From Gammaproteobacteria bacterium (GTDB taxonomy: Bacteria; Pseudomonadota; Gammaproteobacteria; UBA4575), in assembly GCA_965222615.1 (NCBI GenBank), contig CBDCUI010000009.1:1-64000 (forward strand): a DNA stretch of 64,000 nucleotides, in the 5' to 3' direction. The notes under the pieces are model-generated. The model had not been told where the DNA came from. It searched no databases and saw only the letters and a program-made list of their open reading frames with translations. Position 1 is the stretch's first letter, and each line of letters opens with the position of its first letter. Positions 51,553 to 62,700 of this stretch are shown one piece after another. Made by a program: the position numbers and the translations under genes.

Positions 51553-52947
51553 TTACTCTTCTAAGTGCGATAGAAGTTTATTGCTCTCACTGGGTTTTTG
51601 GCCATATAAGGAATATGCACCAAAACGCATTTGATGTGCACGCCCAAGTTTTAATTTATAAAAATCAACCTCAAACTCAAGTTCAAGCTTTTTGCCGTTC
51701 CAAGTATATAGTTTCATAAACTGCTCATCGGAATTGCCGGTCTTGTCCCAATTACTCAACAAAGAAGTCGTGTAGTAATTTCGCTTGCCATCCCAACTTT
51801 GTGAAACCATATTCACTTGCTTACCAATAACACGCTCATAGGTTTGTTTGGGTGCAAAGGGATCTGAGATGTCAAAGAAACGCGTCTTGCCGTCCATGAA
51901 CGTTTGTACCCAAAGACCCTGGTCATCCGCCGTGATGGAAATATCCACCGGTAAGGGTACTTTGGATGGGTCACCGATATCAGCTACATCTTTAGAATGC
52001 CATATGCCTTCATCATCTTCATAGATTAAAAAAAGTTTTGATGTTAATGCAGTACTTGTTATGCACCAGTTATTGTTAGAGCCCCATGCACAACGAATTT
52101 CTAAAGGTGCGCCGGGGACATCTAGTACTTGTTTTGGTTTACGTGTATGTAGATCCCATACCACAACCGTGTTACCAAAACGTTTCATCGCCTCTTCATC
52201 TTGAAGCATTTTGCCAAAATCCATCATGTAGTTCGACCAACCAGTGAAAGAGGTTGTAACCATTATGTTACGACGCGGTAACGCGCGAATGTCATAGCCA
52301 TATCCATCTGCATATTTACCACCTTTCTTAGCACCACGAAGATCTTCATCTGTTGGATTCCAATGTGCAGCAATAAAGTCACCTTCGTTGGTGTACTCTG
52401 CTAAACCGGTGCGGCCACCATGGTCTACATTGTTTGATAATCCATTGATGATCATTCGACCCGGCAATGCATATAGCGTATGTGGTCCTACCATACCACC
52501 GGTCTTCTCAACAAAGTCTGTAATGACTTTATGAAGCTTAGGCTTGCCTGGATTGGTATGAACATCAAAAATAAAGATTTTACTGCTGTCTAAACTACCC
52601 GCAAAAAGATATTTACGATCATCGGTTAAACCAGAATGGTGTGCTTCGTTACGCCCCCCTACAGAGAGTACATTCACTACTTTTCCATAGGTCTTTGAAT
52701 CCGGGTTAACCGATACGGTGACAAGCTTGTCCTGTTCATCGCCCATGTCCTCAACACCTAATGTCCAGACATAGACATAATCTTCCTGACCCACAATTTT
52801 TGCCATATAGGGAGACATGCATGTTTCATCTGCCATCGCATTAGTCTGAATACCAACGGCTAAAACAAATACTATAAATGCAAAGGTCAACACGCATGGC
52901 AACCACTTGGTTGATACTGTCATTTTCTTCATATCATATGACTCCAT
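51553..52947 (-). CDS. mtoX: Methanethiol oxidase (SBP56/SELENBP1 family), secreted
   Basis: Signal peptide AMA|DETCMSPYMAKI.GQED, NEAHHSG, GPHT, SFTGWSNY, LLSNWDK, RAHQMRF. Confidence 0.85.
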   Translation of the reverse strand: MESYDMKKMTVSTKWLPCVLTFAFIVFVLAVGIQTNAMADETCMSPYMAKIVGQEDYVYVWTLGVEDMGDEQDKLVTVSVNPDSKTYGKVVNVLSVGGRNEAHHSGLTDDRKYLFAGSLDSSKIFIFDVHTNPGKPKLHKVITDFVEKTGGMVGPHTLYALPGRMIINGLSNNVDHGGRTGLAEYTNEGDFIAAHWNPTDEDLRGAKKGGKYADGYGYDIRALPRRNIMVTTSFTGWSNYMMDFGKMLQDEEAMKRFGNTVVVWDLHTRKPKQVLDVPGAPLEIRCAWGSNNNWCITSTALTSKLFLIYEDDEGIWHSKDVADIGDPSKVPLPVDISITADDQGLWVQTFMDGKTRFFDISDPFAPKQTYERVIGKQVNMVSQSWDGKRNYYTTSLLSNWDKTGNSDEQFMKLYTWNGKKLELEFEVDFYKLKLGRAHQMRFGAYSLYGQKPSESNKLLSHLEE

Positions 52948-53529
52948 ATCAGTTAGATTTAGTGAAATTTAGAATTAAAATTCTTCTTCTATAAGAACCC
53001 AAACCCTACTATGTTCCATAGCCCATAAAAAATACTGATCTAGATCAGAATTTAGTAACAAAACATAAAACTATAATAGAAAGCTAAGCTATTACTAATC
53101 TTATATTAATAGTTGTACTTTCTTTATTCTTGAGTGTAATTACTAAAGTACTCTATTTATAGTACAAATATTGTAGTCAGCTTATATGGAAATTGAGGAT
53201 TTTGATTTGTAATAAGACTTGGAAGAATAATTAAAATCAGAAGGTAAGTCATTTTTATAATTTAATTATTACACGAAGATAGAAAATGTATTTATAGTGC
53301 GTACAAATTTATTCAAGCCATATTTATTCATATGCAGCAGATAAATAATGAAAATAGCATATAAAATATACTAATTTTAGCGACCTAATTTTGTATTTTT
53401 CAGATGTTTTTTACTACTATCTTGCATGGATTAAGTGAAAGAATATATTTGAGCTATTACTATATTTTTTGTAGCACATAAATGTATGTGCTAACTGTAT
53501 GATTATATTATTAGCTTAAAAAAGAAATA

Positions 53530-54216
53530 TTGATGAATTATTGTCAATTTTGCCCAGTTGCTAAAGCATCAGAGATTTTGGGAGATAAATGGACATTCCT
53601 AATTTTACGTGAGTTATTAATGGGTGGGCGGCGTTTTAAAGATTTTCAACGTGGCTTATCTAGAATTTCACCGACACTTCTATCGACAAGACTACGTCAG
53701 TTACAAAAGCAAGGTATTGTTGTACGAAAGAAAATTTCTGGTCAACGGGGATGCGAATATAATTTAACTAAAGCTGGTGAAGAAGTAATGCCTATTATCC
53801 AAGCATTGGGTTCATGGGGTATGAAATGGGCACGTGGTCAGATTGAAAAAGAAGATTTGGATGTTGAACTGCTGATGCTTTATCTGGAAAGAAGTATACG
53901 CCCAGATAAACTTACTGGAAGTGAGACTGTGATACATTTTAAATTTATGGATCTTGATAAATTCCAAGACTGGTGGATTTTAATTCAAAATGAAGATGTT
54001 GATGTATGTACTATAGACCCTGGAAAAGAAATAAATGTATGGTTTATTACTGATCTCAGCACTATGGTTAAAGTATGGATGGGTGATAAGACCTATGATT
54101 CGGCAATGAAAGAAAACAAATTAAAAATTGTTGGTCCTAGTAGGTTGATAAAAAATGTATCAAGCTGGATGGTAAATAGTAGTTTTGCAAAAATGAGTAT
54201 AGGGAATAGCGAATAA
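53530..54216 (+). CDS. HxlR-family wHTH regulator with an SCP2-like C-terminus
   Basis: YCQFCPVAKASEILGDKWT.LILREL, RISPTLLSTRL, WGMKW. Confidence 0.9.
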   Translation: MMNYCQFCPVAKASEILGDKWTFLILRELLMGGRRFKDFQRGLSRISPTLLSTRLRQLQKQGIVVRKKISGQRGCEYNLTKAGEEVMPIIQALGSWGMKWARGQIEKEDLDVELLMLYLERSIRPDKLTGSETVIHFKFMDLDKFQDWWILIQNEDVDVCTIDPGKEINVWFITDLSTMVKVWMGDKTYDSAMKENKLKIVGPSRLIKNVSSWMVNSSFAKMSIGNSE

Positions 54217-54606
54217 GTATTTTTTGCAAATCAATATATTGAATTTCTTCAATTTCGAATTAAATTCCTTTGCTCGAATATAGACATATTATTCGTAGAA
54301 TTAAATATATATATCTTTAAAGATCTCTTTGTTTTCTACCGCAGATCACGCTTCGAGAGTTCCTCGTTATTTTTAGATCAAGTTTGGCGGCTAGATACAT
54401 ATGCATGCATAGTTCGACATGTTTGCCTAGTGTGCGTCTGGATATGAGAGTAGAGAGGCATTATGGAAAGTGCATACATACAAGAAGCAATATTAACTAT
54501 CCCAAGTAATCCCAGTATTAACAAATTTGTGTTTATAGAGGTATTTTGTAATATCAATCTATGAACACATCAATATTTATTTAGAATTAATTTGTGGCAA
54601 TTGATT

Positions 54607-54622
54607 TGTGATAAAAATCACT
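54607..54622. promoter_or_regulatory. CRP-like box
   Basis: TGTGA-TAAAAA-TCACT. Confidence 0.35.
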
Positions 54623-54805
54623 CTTTATTGAAACTATGTATTCATGTAGATAGTAGAAAGAATAAGTCTGACAATTACAATTTTAGTTCACATGAGTTTA
54701 CGAATGTACTTCGTAAACCTTGCTATATTAAAAATATAATTTTTTAAACAAAATCATTAGTCATTGGCACATACCACATGACTAATAATATTAGCGAGGT
54801 GCGTT

Positions 54806-54994
54806 GTGAAAGAAGACGATAGTGAATTAAATGCAGCAATGAATCAAATAGAAAAGAAATATGGGTTGAAAGTAAGGGCAGAGGCAAATGAATTTATTTC
54901 AGATGCGCTGAGTGTAGATCAGCCACTCAGCGATTATGAGGTGTTATATGTAACTGAATTGTTAATCAGAGGATCTAGAGCGGCTATTTGCTAA
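54806..54994 (+). CDS. Hypothetical protein (62 aa)
   Basis: GAGGT RBS before GTG; isolated ORF in an AT-rich gap. Confidence 0.5.
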   Translation: MKEDDSELNAAMNQIEKKYGLKVRAEANEFISDALSVDQPLSDYEVLYVTELLIRGSRAAIC

Positions 54995-55267
54995 GTCATT
55001 TTTGTTTTACCAAAGCAAAGCGACTGATAGTGTCCGTTTGCTTTAGCCTACTTATGCCACAGTTTTTCACGTAGTATTCTCATTCGAGAGTTTTATCCTT
55101 TGCAAAACAATCTGTGTTTTGCCAATTGTAGCTATAAAAACTAGCTATATATTTTATTTGTAGTTCCTATAGACTTTTCGCCTTCGATTTAAATAATTAT
55201 AAATAATCAACGTAATCAATCCTGCCGCAAATATGTCTATATAGTAATCAAAGATAGTGAGGCCGGT

Positions 55268-56119
55268 TTGATGAGATCTATAATTATTGTTCGTATTAAG
55301 TACATATTACCCCTAATATTCTTGCTTTATATTGCAACAAATACTTTCGTCATAGCCGAAACGTCATCGGAAGAGCAAATGCTTTTTATTCCAGGTGGTG
55401 AATTTAATATGGGCTGTTCTGTTGGAGATAAAAATTGCGGAGACGATGAAGGCCCTATAGGTGGTATTGTCGTGATGGTTCCAGATTTTGTTATTGATCA
55501 ATATGAAGTGACCGTTGCTGATTATCTTGCATGCATAGAAGCTGGTAAATGCGGACGACCAAAAGATCATGCGCGTAATAAATATTGTAATGTAGGCGAA
55601 CCATCTCGTAGTAATCACCCCGCTAATTGCGTAGATTGGGATGAAGCGTTGGCGTATTGTGAATGGAAAGGCAAAAGACTCCCTTATGAGGCTGAGTGGG
55701 AGAAGGCGGCTCGGGCTGGGTCGACTACTCGTTATTCTTGGGGTCAAGAAGTTGATTGCACTCATGCCATCGTAGATGACGGTAAAACGTTTGGTTCGGT
55801 ACCAAATGAACTTGATGGTTGCGGTGAAGATCGTACTTGGGAAATCGGAAGTCGCGAGCCGAATAAATTAGGTCTGTACGACATGCACGGAAATACTGGA
55901 GAGTGGACGATGAATTGGTATTCACCAGGTGCGATCCGCAATCTCTATGCTAAGGGTGATCTTAAAGGGCCAGAAAGAGGCAAACAAAGAGTCGTTCGTG
56001 GCGGTTCTTGGGATGAAAATAAAAAGAATTTACGTAGCTCATTTCGAAATGTAAAACCACCTGTTAGCGGTAAAAGTATTTATGGATCGATTGGGTTTCG
56101 CTGTGCGGCATCGAACTAA
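55268..56119 (+). CDS. FGE-sulfatase (SUMF1) domain secreted protein
   Basis: IPGGEFNMG, RLPYEAEWEKAAR, GLYDMHGN..EW, RGGSW, IGFRCA. Confidence 0.9.
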   Translation: MMRSIIIVRIKYILPLIFLLYIATNTFVIAETSSEEQMLFIPGGEFNMGCSVGDKNCGDDEGPIGGIVVMVPDFVIDQYEVTVADYLACIEAGKCGRPKDHARNKYCNVGEPSRSNHPANCVDWDEALAYCEWKGKRLPYEAEWEKAARAGSTTRYSWGQEVDCTHAIVDDGKTFGSVPNELDGCGEDRTWEIGSREPNKLGLYDMHGNTGEWTMNWYSPGAIRNLYAKGDLKGPERGKQRVVRGGSWDENKKNLRSSFRNVKPPVSGKSIYGSIGFRCAASN

Positions 56120-57028
56120 TTAGATCGATTGAAAATAAGCTAACATTTGTTTTCGCATGGTGGTATCTGGTAATGGGCCTAGCAGGGCGCCCATGTTTTC
56201 ATCCATATGGTCTACGCGTGAAGTTGCTGGAATGGCTATCGTCACTGCAGGATGCGAAACAATAAATTTTAAAAAATACTGAGCCCAGTTTTTGCATTCT
56301 ATTTCTATTGCCCAGCTGGGTAATGATTTATTTTTAACATAGCTAAATAATTGGCCACGTCGAAAAGGCCGGTTAATAATGACCGCTATACCGCGATCTG
56401 CGGCTAATGGAAGTAATGTATTTTCTGCCTCTCGATCTGCTAGGTTGTATGTAAATTGAACGAAGTCTAAAGGTTCGTTTTGCATAATCTTGATAAGTTC
56501 TTCATGTCGTCGACCATGAGAGGTTGTAACCCCAAGATAACGTATGCGTTCAGAATCTTTCCACTCTCGTAATGTTTTCATATGTGAATTCCAATCTAAA
56601 AGATTATGAATTTGCATGAGATCGAAATTATTTAATCTCCATAGCTTTTCGGATTCTTTCATTTGCGTAATTCCAATTGCACGTCCAGGCGTCCAAACTT
56701 TTGTTGCTGAGAACAAAGCGCTTGAATGACTAATTTGTGCTAAACATTTACCTATAACTGCTTCTGATGAACCATACATAGGCGATGAATCAATCAGTGA
56801 GCCTCCTGAGGAGAAAAAATGTTTTAATACTTCTACACAGTTTTGAATAGCATTGTCGTCTCTGCCTACATCAAAGGTAATCCAGGATCCCATACCGATT
56901 ACTGGTAAGTTTTCACCAGTGTTAGGAATTGCACGTGTGATAATGGCAGAAGATTTAGCGAAAGAAGAAGTTCTCGCTGAGGACAAAAAGCTCGCTGCAG
57001 TAGTATATAGAAATTCTCGACGATTCAA
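56120..57028 (-). CDS. Aldo/keto reductase with a Tat-like leader
   Basis: NRREFL leader, IGMGSW, IDSSPMYG, DLMQIHNL, IPATS...HM.EN. Confidence 0.9.
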   Translation of the reverse strand: MNRREFLYTTAASFLSSARTSSFAKSSAIITRAIPNTGENLPVIGMGSWITFDVGRDDNAIQNCVEVLKHFFSSGGSLIDSSPMYGSSEAVIGKCLAQISHSSALFSATKVWTPGRAIGITQMKESEKLWRLNNFDLMQIHNLLDWNSHMKTLREWKDSERIRYLGVTTSHGRRHEELIKIMQNEPLDFVQFTYNLADREAENTLLPLAADRGIAVIINRPFRRGQLFSYVKNKSLPSWAIEIECKNWAQYFLKFIVSHPAVTIAIPATSRVDHMDENMGALLGPLPDTTMRKQMLAYFQSI

Positions 57029-57144
57029 CGATGTTAAGCAATATTAAGTGTTACGATAATACGATATTGAGTAACGATTGCTCGTGTTGCAAATGTAAAA
57101 TTTAAATCTGTGTGCTAAATTTAATCTATAATCAAATCTAATTA

Positions 57145-57342
57145 ATGAAGAATAAAAAGCTAATCATTGTTGCAGCTGTAGTTGCCTTATTCGCTTTGCT
57201 GGTGGCAAGTGTGTTTTTTTTAGTGAGAACCGGGGTAGTGAGTCCTCAAGTCGGCTTGTTAATGCTTATTGCTTTATTAGGTCTTTATGTAGGGTTCGGG
57301 ATCCTAATAGCCGTATACCGTCTAGTTCAGAAACTACAATGA
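57145..57342 (+). CDS. Small 2-TM membrane protein
   Basis: MKNKK followed by two long hydrophobic helices. Confidence 0.65.
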   Translation: MKNKKLIIVAAVVALFALLVASVFFLVRTGVVSPQVGLLMLIALLGLYVGFGILIAVYRLVQKLQ

Positions 57343-57558
57343 TACTTTTTCCATATTTGAAAAACGTGAGAAAAGCAGTTCGAATGTTTCATCGCCTACA
57401 AAGTTTTCTCCCACTTCGATATTAGAAATACGTCGATCTGGGTATCTACGTCGATCATGACGTATACACACCCCTTGTCGAGTGATTACCGGAAATTGTG
57501 CACCTTGTATTGAATTACGTCGCTCAGAACCGATACGACGTTCGAGTGGATTGTCCAT
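57334..57558 (-). CDS. 74-aa protein with tandem (D/E)RRxxx(D/E)RR motifs, paralog A
   Basis: ERRIGSERR...FP...DRRRYPDRRISNIEV...FELLF; aligns with 57767-57991. Confidence 0.75.
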   Translation of the reverse strand: MDNPLERRIGSERRNSIQGAQFPVITRQGVCIRHDRRRYPDRRISNIEVGENFVGDETFELLFSRFSNMEKVSL

Positions 57559-57643
57559 AGCCTATTCGTTCCCTTGGTCTTTATTATTATAGTTTGTGAC
57601 TTAATTACGAATAGGCAGTATCTTTGAATTACACGTAGTGTTG

Positions 57644-57659
57644 TGTGAGTAAACTCACA
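57644..57659. promoter_or_regulatory. Perfect CRP-family box upstream of paralog A
   Basis: TGTGA-GTAAAC-TCACA. Confidence 0.65.
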
Positions 57660-57766
57660 TTCTCAATTGAAAGCGCTAAGAAATTAGTGAGTTACATTGA
57701 AATACTCAAATATTGGATTATATAGGCGTTTGATCGATATTGCGTTTAGACAAATAGGGTCTGTGG

Positions 57767-57991
57767 CTATTTGCTAAATAGGTTTTCGAACATTTCCCCA
57801 TTCAGGGCGAGCTCTTTTACTTGAATATTTGCGAGGCGTCGGTCTGGAGAATTTCTTCGATCGGCTTTGATGTAACGTCCCTCGCTATCAATCAGCGGGA
57901 ATGCTGCCTTATTCACTTGTAAACGTCTATCAATCGTCTGCCTACGATCGTCAACAAGTAATATATCAGCTCCATTTTGGCTACTAGTCAT
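57767..57991 (-). CDS. 74-aa protein with tandem DRRxxxDRR motifs, paralog B
   Basis: GGAG RBS; DRRQTIDRR...FP...DRRNSPDRRLANIQV...FENLF. Confidence 0.75.
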   Translation of the reverse strand: MTSSQNGADILLVDDRRQTIDRRLQVNKAAFPLIDSEGRYIKADRRNSPDRRLANIQVKELALNGEMFENLFSK

Positions 57992-58063
57992 TGTAGTGCT
58001 CCTGCATCCATACTTATATGACTACACGACAATTGCATAATCCAACTCATACAATCAGCATAA

Positions 58064-58079
58064 TGTTAAGGGTTTCACA
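58064..58079. promoter_or_regulatory. CRP-like box upstream of paralog B
   Basis: TGTTA-AGGGTT-TCACA. Confidence 0.5.
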
Positions 58080-58184
58080 TATTGTACAAAAAAACAACAC
58101 TAAGTTTAGGCATGTTTTTATGTGTATGATAGCTAAATGGCATATTAATCTACTCGATATCAATAAGTTATTTTCCAATTAAAA

Positions 58185-59522
58185 ATGCATGATCTATTAA
58201 TAATCAACGCGACAGTTGTTAATGAGCATACGATCTCCGAACAAGACGTAGCGATAGCAAATAAGCGGATTGTTCAAGTTGATAAAAATTTACAACATCT
58301 ACAGGCAAAAAATATTATTGATGCGAATGGTAAATTCTTGATACCAGGCATGATTGATGACCAAGTGCATTTTCGTGAACCTGGTTTGACATATAAGGGA
58401 GACATCGTCACTGAGTCTCGTGCTGCAATTGCTGGAGGTATTACAAGCTTTATGGACATGCCGAATGTCAAACCTCCAACTTTAAGCTTGGAACTATTAG
58501 AACAAAAGTATCAAGCAGCGAATCAGCGAGCATTAGCCAATTACGCTTTTTACTTAGGAGCCAGTAACGATAATTTAGAGGTGATCAAACGCGCACCTAA
58601 AGATCTTGCCTGCGGAGTAAAAGTATTCATGGGTGCTTCTACTGGTAACATGTTAGTGGATCAATATGATGTGTTAGAAGGAATTTTTCAGTACTCGCCT
58701 GTTCCTATCATTACGCATTGTGAAGAGTCTCCGTTAATTGAACAAAACTTGAAAAAATTTCAACAAGAATATGGTGATGATATTCCAATTGAATTTCATC
58801 CGATCATTCGATCAGAAGAAGCTTGTTATCAATCTTCTTTAAAAGCAGTAAATTTAGCTAAGCAATACGAGGCACAACTCCATGTATTGCACCTCACTAC
58901 TGCGCGTGAATTAGAGCTATTTCAAAAAGGCAATGTTGAAGACAAATCCATAACTGCTGAGGTCTGTGTGCATCATTTATTTTTTAATGCGGCAGATTAT
59001 GCGACCAAAGGTTCTTTAATAAAATGTAATCCTGCAATTAAAACTTTGCAAGACCAACAGGGTCTTTTGCAAGGAGTAGTTGATGATCGAATTGATATTA
59101 TCGCGACAGACCATGCACCACATTTATTGGAAGAAAAACATGGAAATTATATGGAATCCCCAGCTGGTTTGCCGTTAGTTCAGCATGCGTTATTGACTCT
59201 ATTAGAACATTATCATGATAATGTATTGAGCATTGAAAAAATCGTCGAGAAAACAAGCCATAATGTGGCGAAGCGATTTTCTATTGTAGATAGGGGTTAT
59301 ATTCGAGAAGGATATTTTGCAGATCTGACGATAGTAGATACTAATAAATCGTACCTAGTAACTTCAGATAATGTCTTGGCAAAATGTGGTTGGTCACCGT
59401 TTGAAGGTTATAGTTTTCGCTCTAGTATAGATTCAACTATTTTGAACGGAAATCTCGTGTTTGAAAAAGGTGTTTTTTCAGACACTGCTTTTTTCGGAGA
59501 ACGTCTGCAGTTTAATCGTTAA
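58185..59522 (+). CDS. pyrC: Dihydroorotase (long type)
   Basis: PGMIDDQVHFREPG, KVFMGASTG, IKCNPAIK, IATDHAPH, KCGWSPFEG. Confidence 0.93.
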   Translation: MHDLLIINATVVNEHTISEQDVAIANKRIVQVDKNLQHLQAKNIIDANGKFLIPGMIDDQVHFREPGLTYKGDIVTESRAAIAGGITSFMDMPNVKPPTLSLELLEQKYQAANQRALANYAFYLGASNDNLEVIKRAPKDLACGVKVFMGASTGNMLVDQYDVLEGIFQYSPVPIITHCEESPLIEQNLKKFQQEYGDDIPIEFHPIIRSEEACYQSSLKAVNLAKQYEAQLHVLHLTTARELELFQKGNVEDKSITAEVCVHHLFFNAADYATKGSLIKCNPAIKTLQDQQGLLQGVVDDRIDIIATDHAPHLLEEKHGNYMESPAGLPLVQHALLTLLEHYHDNVLSIEKIVEKTSHNVAKRFSIVDRGYIREGYFADLTIVDTNKSYLVTSDNVLAKCGWSPFEGYSFRSSIDSTILNGNLVFEKGVFSDTAFFGERLQFNR

Positions 59523-59535
59523 CAGGCAACTTAAC

Positions 59536-59766
59536 ATGCTACGTCTTGTTAAAATTCATATTATATTTTTAATTGTTGCTTTAATTATTGCATTTATTTT
59601 GGTACCTATGGATATGTCGTATTTACGTAATTTACCTAAAGAAGAAGTTAATAGTTACTTAAATGGTGCATTTAATTTAGAGAACACTCGGATTTGGAAA
59701 GTTGTTTTTACTTGGTTTCTTGGCCTAACTTGTGGAAGGTTAATGCTTCGCGCATTAATGAAATAA
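59536..59766 (+). CDS. Small membrane protein
   Basis: ATG59536 is in frame with the tracked ORF; two hydrophobic segments. Confidence 0.55.
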   Translation: MLRLVKIHIIFLIVALIIAFILVPMDMSYLRNLPKEEVNSYLNGAFNLENTRIWKVVFTWFLGLTCGRLMLRALMK

Positions 59767-59794
59767 CCAATCATAATTATTATATAGTAAAATT

Positions 59795-60310
59795 TTGAAA
59801 AATTTCAGAAATAGAAACAGACTGAAAGATGTGAATGTACTGTTTGTGTGCATGGGAAACATATGCCGATCGCCAACAGCATTAGGGGTGTTTCAAAAAC
59901 TTGTTCACGATGCGTCATTGCAACACGTTATCGGTTCTGATTCTGCAGGCACCTATGCATATCATGCTGGAGAAATGCCAGATCCGAGAGCGATAGCTGC
60001 TGCCAAAAAACGTGGCTATGATTTGAGTAGAATACAAGCACGAAAAGTAGAAACTTTAGATTTTGAGAGATTCGATTATGTTCTCGCAATGGATAACGAT
60101 AACAAACAAGATTTGCTAGAAATTTGTGGTGAAAACCATAAAAAGAAAATTAAACTGTTATTGGAATTTTTAAGGAGATCTAAAGTAAAAGAGGTGCCTG
60201 ATCCTTATTATGGAGGTAAAAGAGGTTTCGAGACTGTCTTAGATCTCGTCGAAGAAGCAAATCGAGAACTGTTAGAGTTTATAAAAACAATGCACTCATT
60301 GCGAGGTTAA
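59795..60310 (+). CDS. Low-molecular-weight protein-tyrosine phosphatase
   Basis: VCMGNICRSP P-loop and VPDPYYG. Confidence 0.95.
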   Translation: MKNFRNRNRLKDVNVLFVCMGNICRSPTALGVFQKLVHDASLQHVIGSDSAGTYAYHAGEMPDPRAIAAAKKRGYDLSRIQARKVETLDFERFDYVLAMDNDNKQDLLEICGENHKKKIKLLLEFLRRSKVKEVPDPYYGGKRGFETVLDLVEEANRELLEFIKTMHSLRG

Positions 60311-60365
60311 AACTAGCATTACTTTAAAAGTTAACTCCAGTTCTTGATGATTCGTTATCTATCTG

Positions 60366-62318
60366 TTAAGTCACACTAGAAGTTTGTGAAGCTGCGTTGT
60401 TAGATTCTGAGCGTGTTTGCTCGCCTTTATCATTATTACGTTTACTGTTGTAATTTCGATTATTAGCACGTCTTCTCGAGTTATCATTTCTGCGTCTGTT
60501 ATTGTTACGCGAATTATCACGCGAACTTCTTCGTCTTTGTCCACCAGAACGATTACGTTGACGATTATTGTTTTGATACTTTCTTGAGCGCTCTCTTGAT
60601 TTGTTGGCGTGTGAAGCTCTTTTCTTCTGTGTTTGTTCTTCTTTTCCAAATAGTGAAGTAATTAAGCGGCTAAAAAATCCAGGTTTTGTAGGGCTTGCTG
60701 GCTTTTGTGGTGTGGGAGCAGGGCTTGTAGTTTGTATGGATTTCACCGCAGGTTGTTCGGTAACAGGTGTTGTGTGCGCAGTTAAGTTCACACTGGTTTC
60801 TTCTGCTGGTATCAAGTCATAACTTGATTTGTCACTTAATTCTTTATCATCATCACGTATACGTTCTACAGAAAAATGAGGTGTTTCAAGATTAGGGTCG
60901 GGAACTATAATAAGTTGGACTTTGTGTCGCGCTTCGATTTCACTAATAGCAGTACGTTTTTCATTTAACAAGAAGCTTGTTACATCAACAGGTAACTTTG
61001 CGATTACTTTGCCGGTTTTTTCTTTCATCGCTTCTTCTTCAATCAGGCGTAACACGGCTAAGGCAAGCGATTCAATACCGCGTATCGTGCCATGACCCGT
61101 ACAACGAGGGCATACAATTTGACTGGATTCTTTCAGCGATGGCCGCAATCTTTGGCGTGACATTTCTAATAGGCCAAAACGCGAGATTCTGCTTATTTGT
61201 ACTCGAGCACGGTCAATTTTTAATGCCTCACGTAGACGATTTTCTACTTCGCGTTGATTTTTATTTGACATCATGTCAATGAAATCAATAACGATAAGCC
61301 CGCCTAGATCACGTAAACGTAGTTGTCTGGCGATTTCATCAGCTGCTTCGAGATTGGTGTTTAGTGCAGTTTCTTCTATATCACTGCCTTTAGTGGCTCT
61401 GGCAGAGTTGATATCAATAGATATCATCGCTTCAGTATGGTCAATAACCACGGAACCACCTGATGGTAGTGAAACTTCACGCTCAAAGGCGGATTCAATT
61501 TGGGTTTCAATTTGATAGCGATTGAATAGAGGCACGGTATCTTCATATAAATTAAGCTTTTTAAGATTGTGGGGCATAACTTGCTCGACAAACTTCTTCG
61601 CGTCATTAAAGACACGTGCATCGTCAATAATAATTTCACCAATATCATCCCTAAGATGGTCACGTAGGGCACGAATAATTACATTGCTTTCTTGATAGAT
61701 GAGAAATGGCTCATCTTGAGAGTCTGCAGCTTTTAGGATGGCGTTATTAAGTTGTAACAGATAGTTAAGGTCCCATTGCAATTCCTCGACGGTTCGTCCT
61801 ACACCTGCAGTTCGAACAATGGTCCCCATACCTTTAGGTATATCAAGCTGTTCGACGGTGTTACGTAGTTCTTCACGTTCATCGCCTTCAATGCGGCGAG
61901 AAACCCCACCAGCTCGAGGATTATTCGGCATTAAAACAAGATAACGACCGGCAAGACTTAAATATGTGGTGAGTGCTGCACCTTTATTGCCACGTTCTTC
62001 GCGCTCAACTTGGATGGTTATTTGTTGCCCTTCGGATAAAAGATCTTTGATAGGAGCACGATCGTCAGCATTCGAGTTATTATCTAAATAACTGCGTGCA
62101 ATTTCTTTAAAGGGAAGAAAGCCATGGCGTTCTGCGCCATAGTTTACAAAGGCGGCCTCAAGGCTCGGTTCAATACGAGTGATTACACCCTTGTAAATAT
62201 TGCCTTTCTTTTGGTTTCGTGACGGTAATTCGATGTCTAGGTCGTATAGTCGCTGACCGTCGACCATCCCTACACGCAATTCCTCTTGCTGTGTAGCATT
62301 GATTAAAATTCTTTTCAT
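60366..62318 (-). CDS. rne: Ribonuclease E (short C-terminal region)
   Basis: [17 protein letters not shown]1 domain, IDINSAR, CPRC.G, membrane helix [12 protein letters not shown], Arg-rich tail. Confidence 0.97.
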   Translation of the reverse strand: MKRILINATQQEELRVGMVDGQRLYDLDIELPSRNQKKGNIYKGVITRIEPSLEAAFVNYGAERHGFLPFKEIARSYLDNNSNADDRAPIKDLLSEGQQITIQVEREERGNKGAALTTYLSLAGRYLVLMPNNPRAGGVSRRIEGDEREELRNTVEQLDIPKGMGTIVRTAGVGRTVEELQWDLNYLLQLNNAILKAADSQDEPFLIYQESNVIIRALRDHLRDDIGEIIIDDARVFNDAKKFVEQVMPHNLKKLNLYEDTVPLFNRYQIETQIESAFEREVSLPSGGSVVIDHTEAMISIDINSARATKGSDIEETALNTNLEAADEIARQLRLRDLGGLIVIDFIDMMSNKNQREVENRLREALKIDRARVQISRISRFGLLEMSRQRLRPSLKESSQIVCPRCTGHGTIRGIESLALAVLRLIEEEAMKEKTGKVIAKLPVDVTSFLLNEKRTAISEIEARHKVQLIIVPDPNLETPHFSVERIRDDDKELSDKSSYDLIPAEETSVNLTAHTTPVTEQPAVKSIQTTSPAPTPQKPASPTKPGFFSRLITSLFGKEEQTQKKRASHANKSRERSRKYQNNNRQRNRSGGQRRRSSRDNSRNNNRRRNDNSRRRANNRNYNSKRNNDKGEQTRSESNNAASQTSSVT

Positions 62319-62700
62319 AGTTAACTCTGTAAAATGTCCATAGCCTTCGTGACGTACTAGTAATCCCCAAAGGTAAATTTTTCTCTATCAGGCATTCTCT
62401 TGCTGATAGGAGAGTAGGTAGACGAAGGAAAAATTGAATTATGATATTTAAAAAACTAAACATACTGTATTTCGTATGATTTGATATTACTTATAAATTC
62501 TTCGCTGCATTTTGTTGATGAAAAATACAGGGAATGTGGTAAATCTTTGTTAACCAAACAGGAACAACAGATCACAATTTGGTGTGTTACGCTAGAATAT
62601 TGCGTAACTATTTAATAATACACAATATAACTATACCAATCTCTTATATGTCCAGCAAATTGAATGATCATTTACTTATCTATATTGGCTGGAAGGTCAT

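Noticed and set aside
51196-58100. Integrative island at tRNA-Ser
   Set aside because: The region is AT-rich and accessory-looking, but it has no integrase and no distal att copy. The only duplicate is 187 bp from the tRNA.
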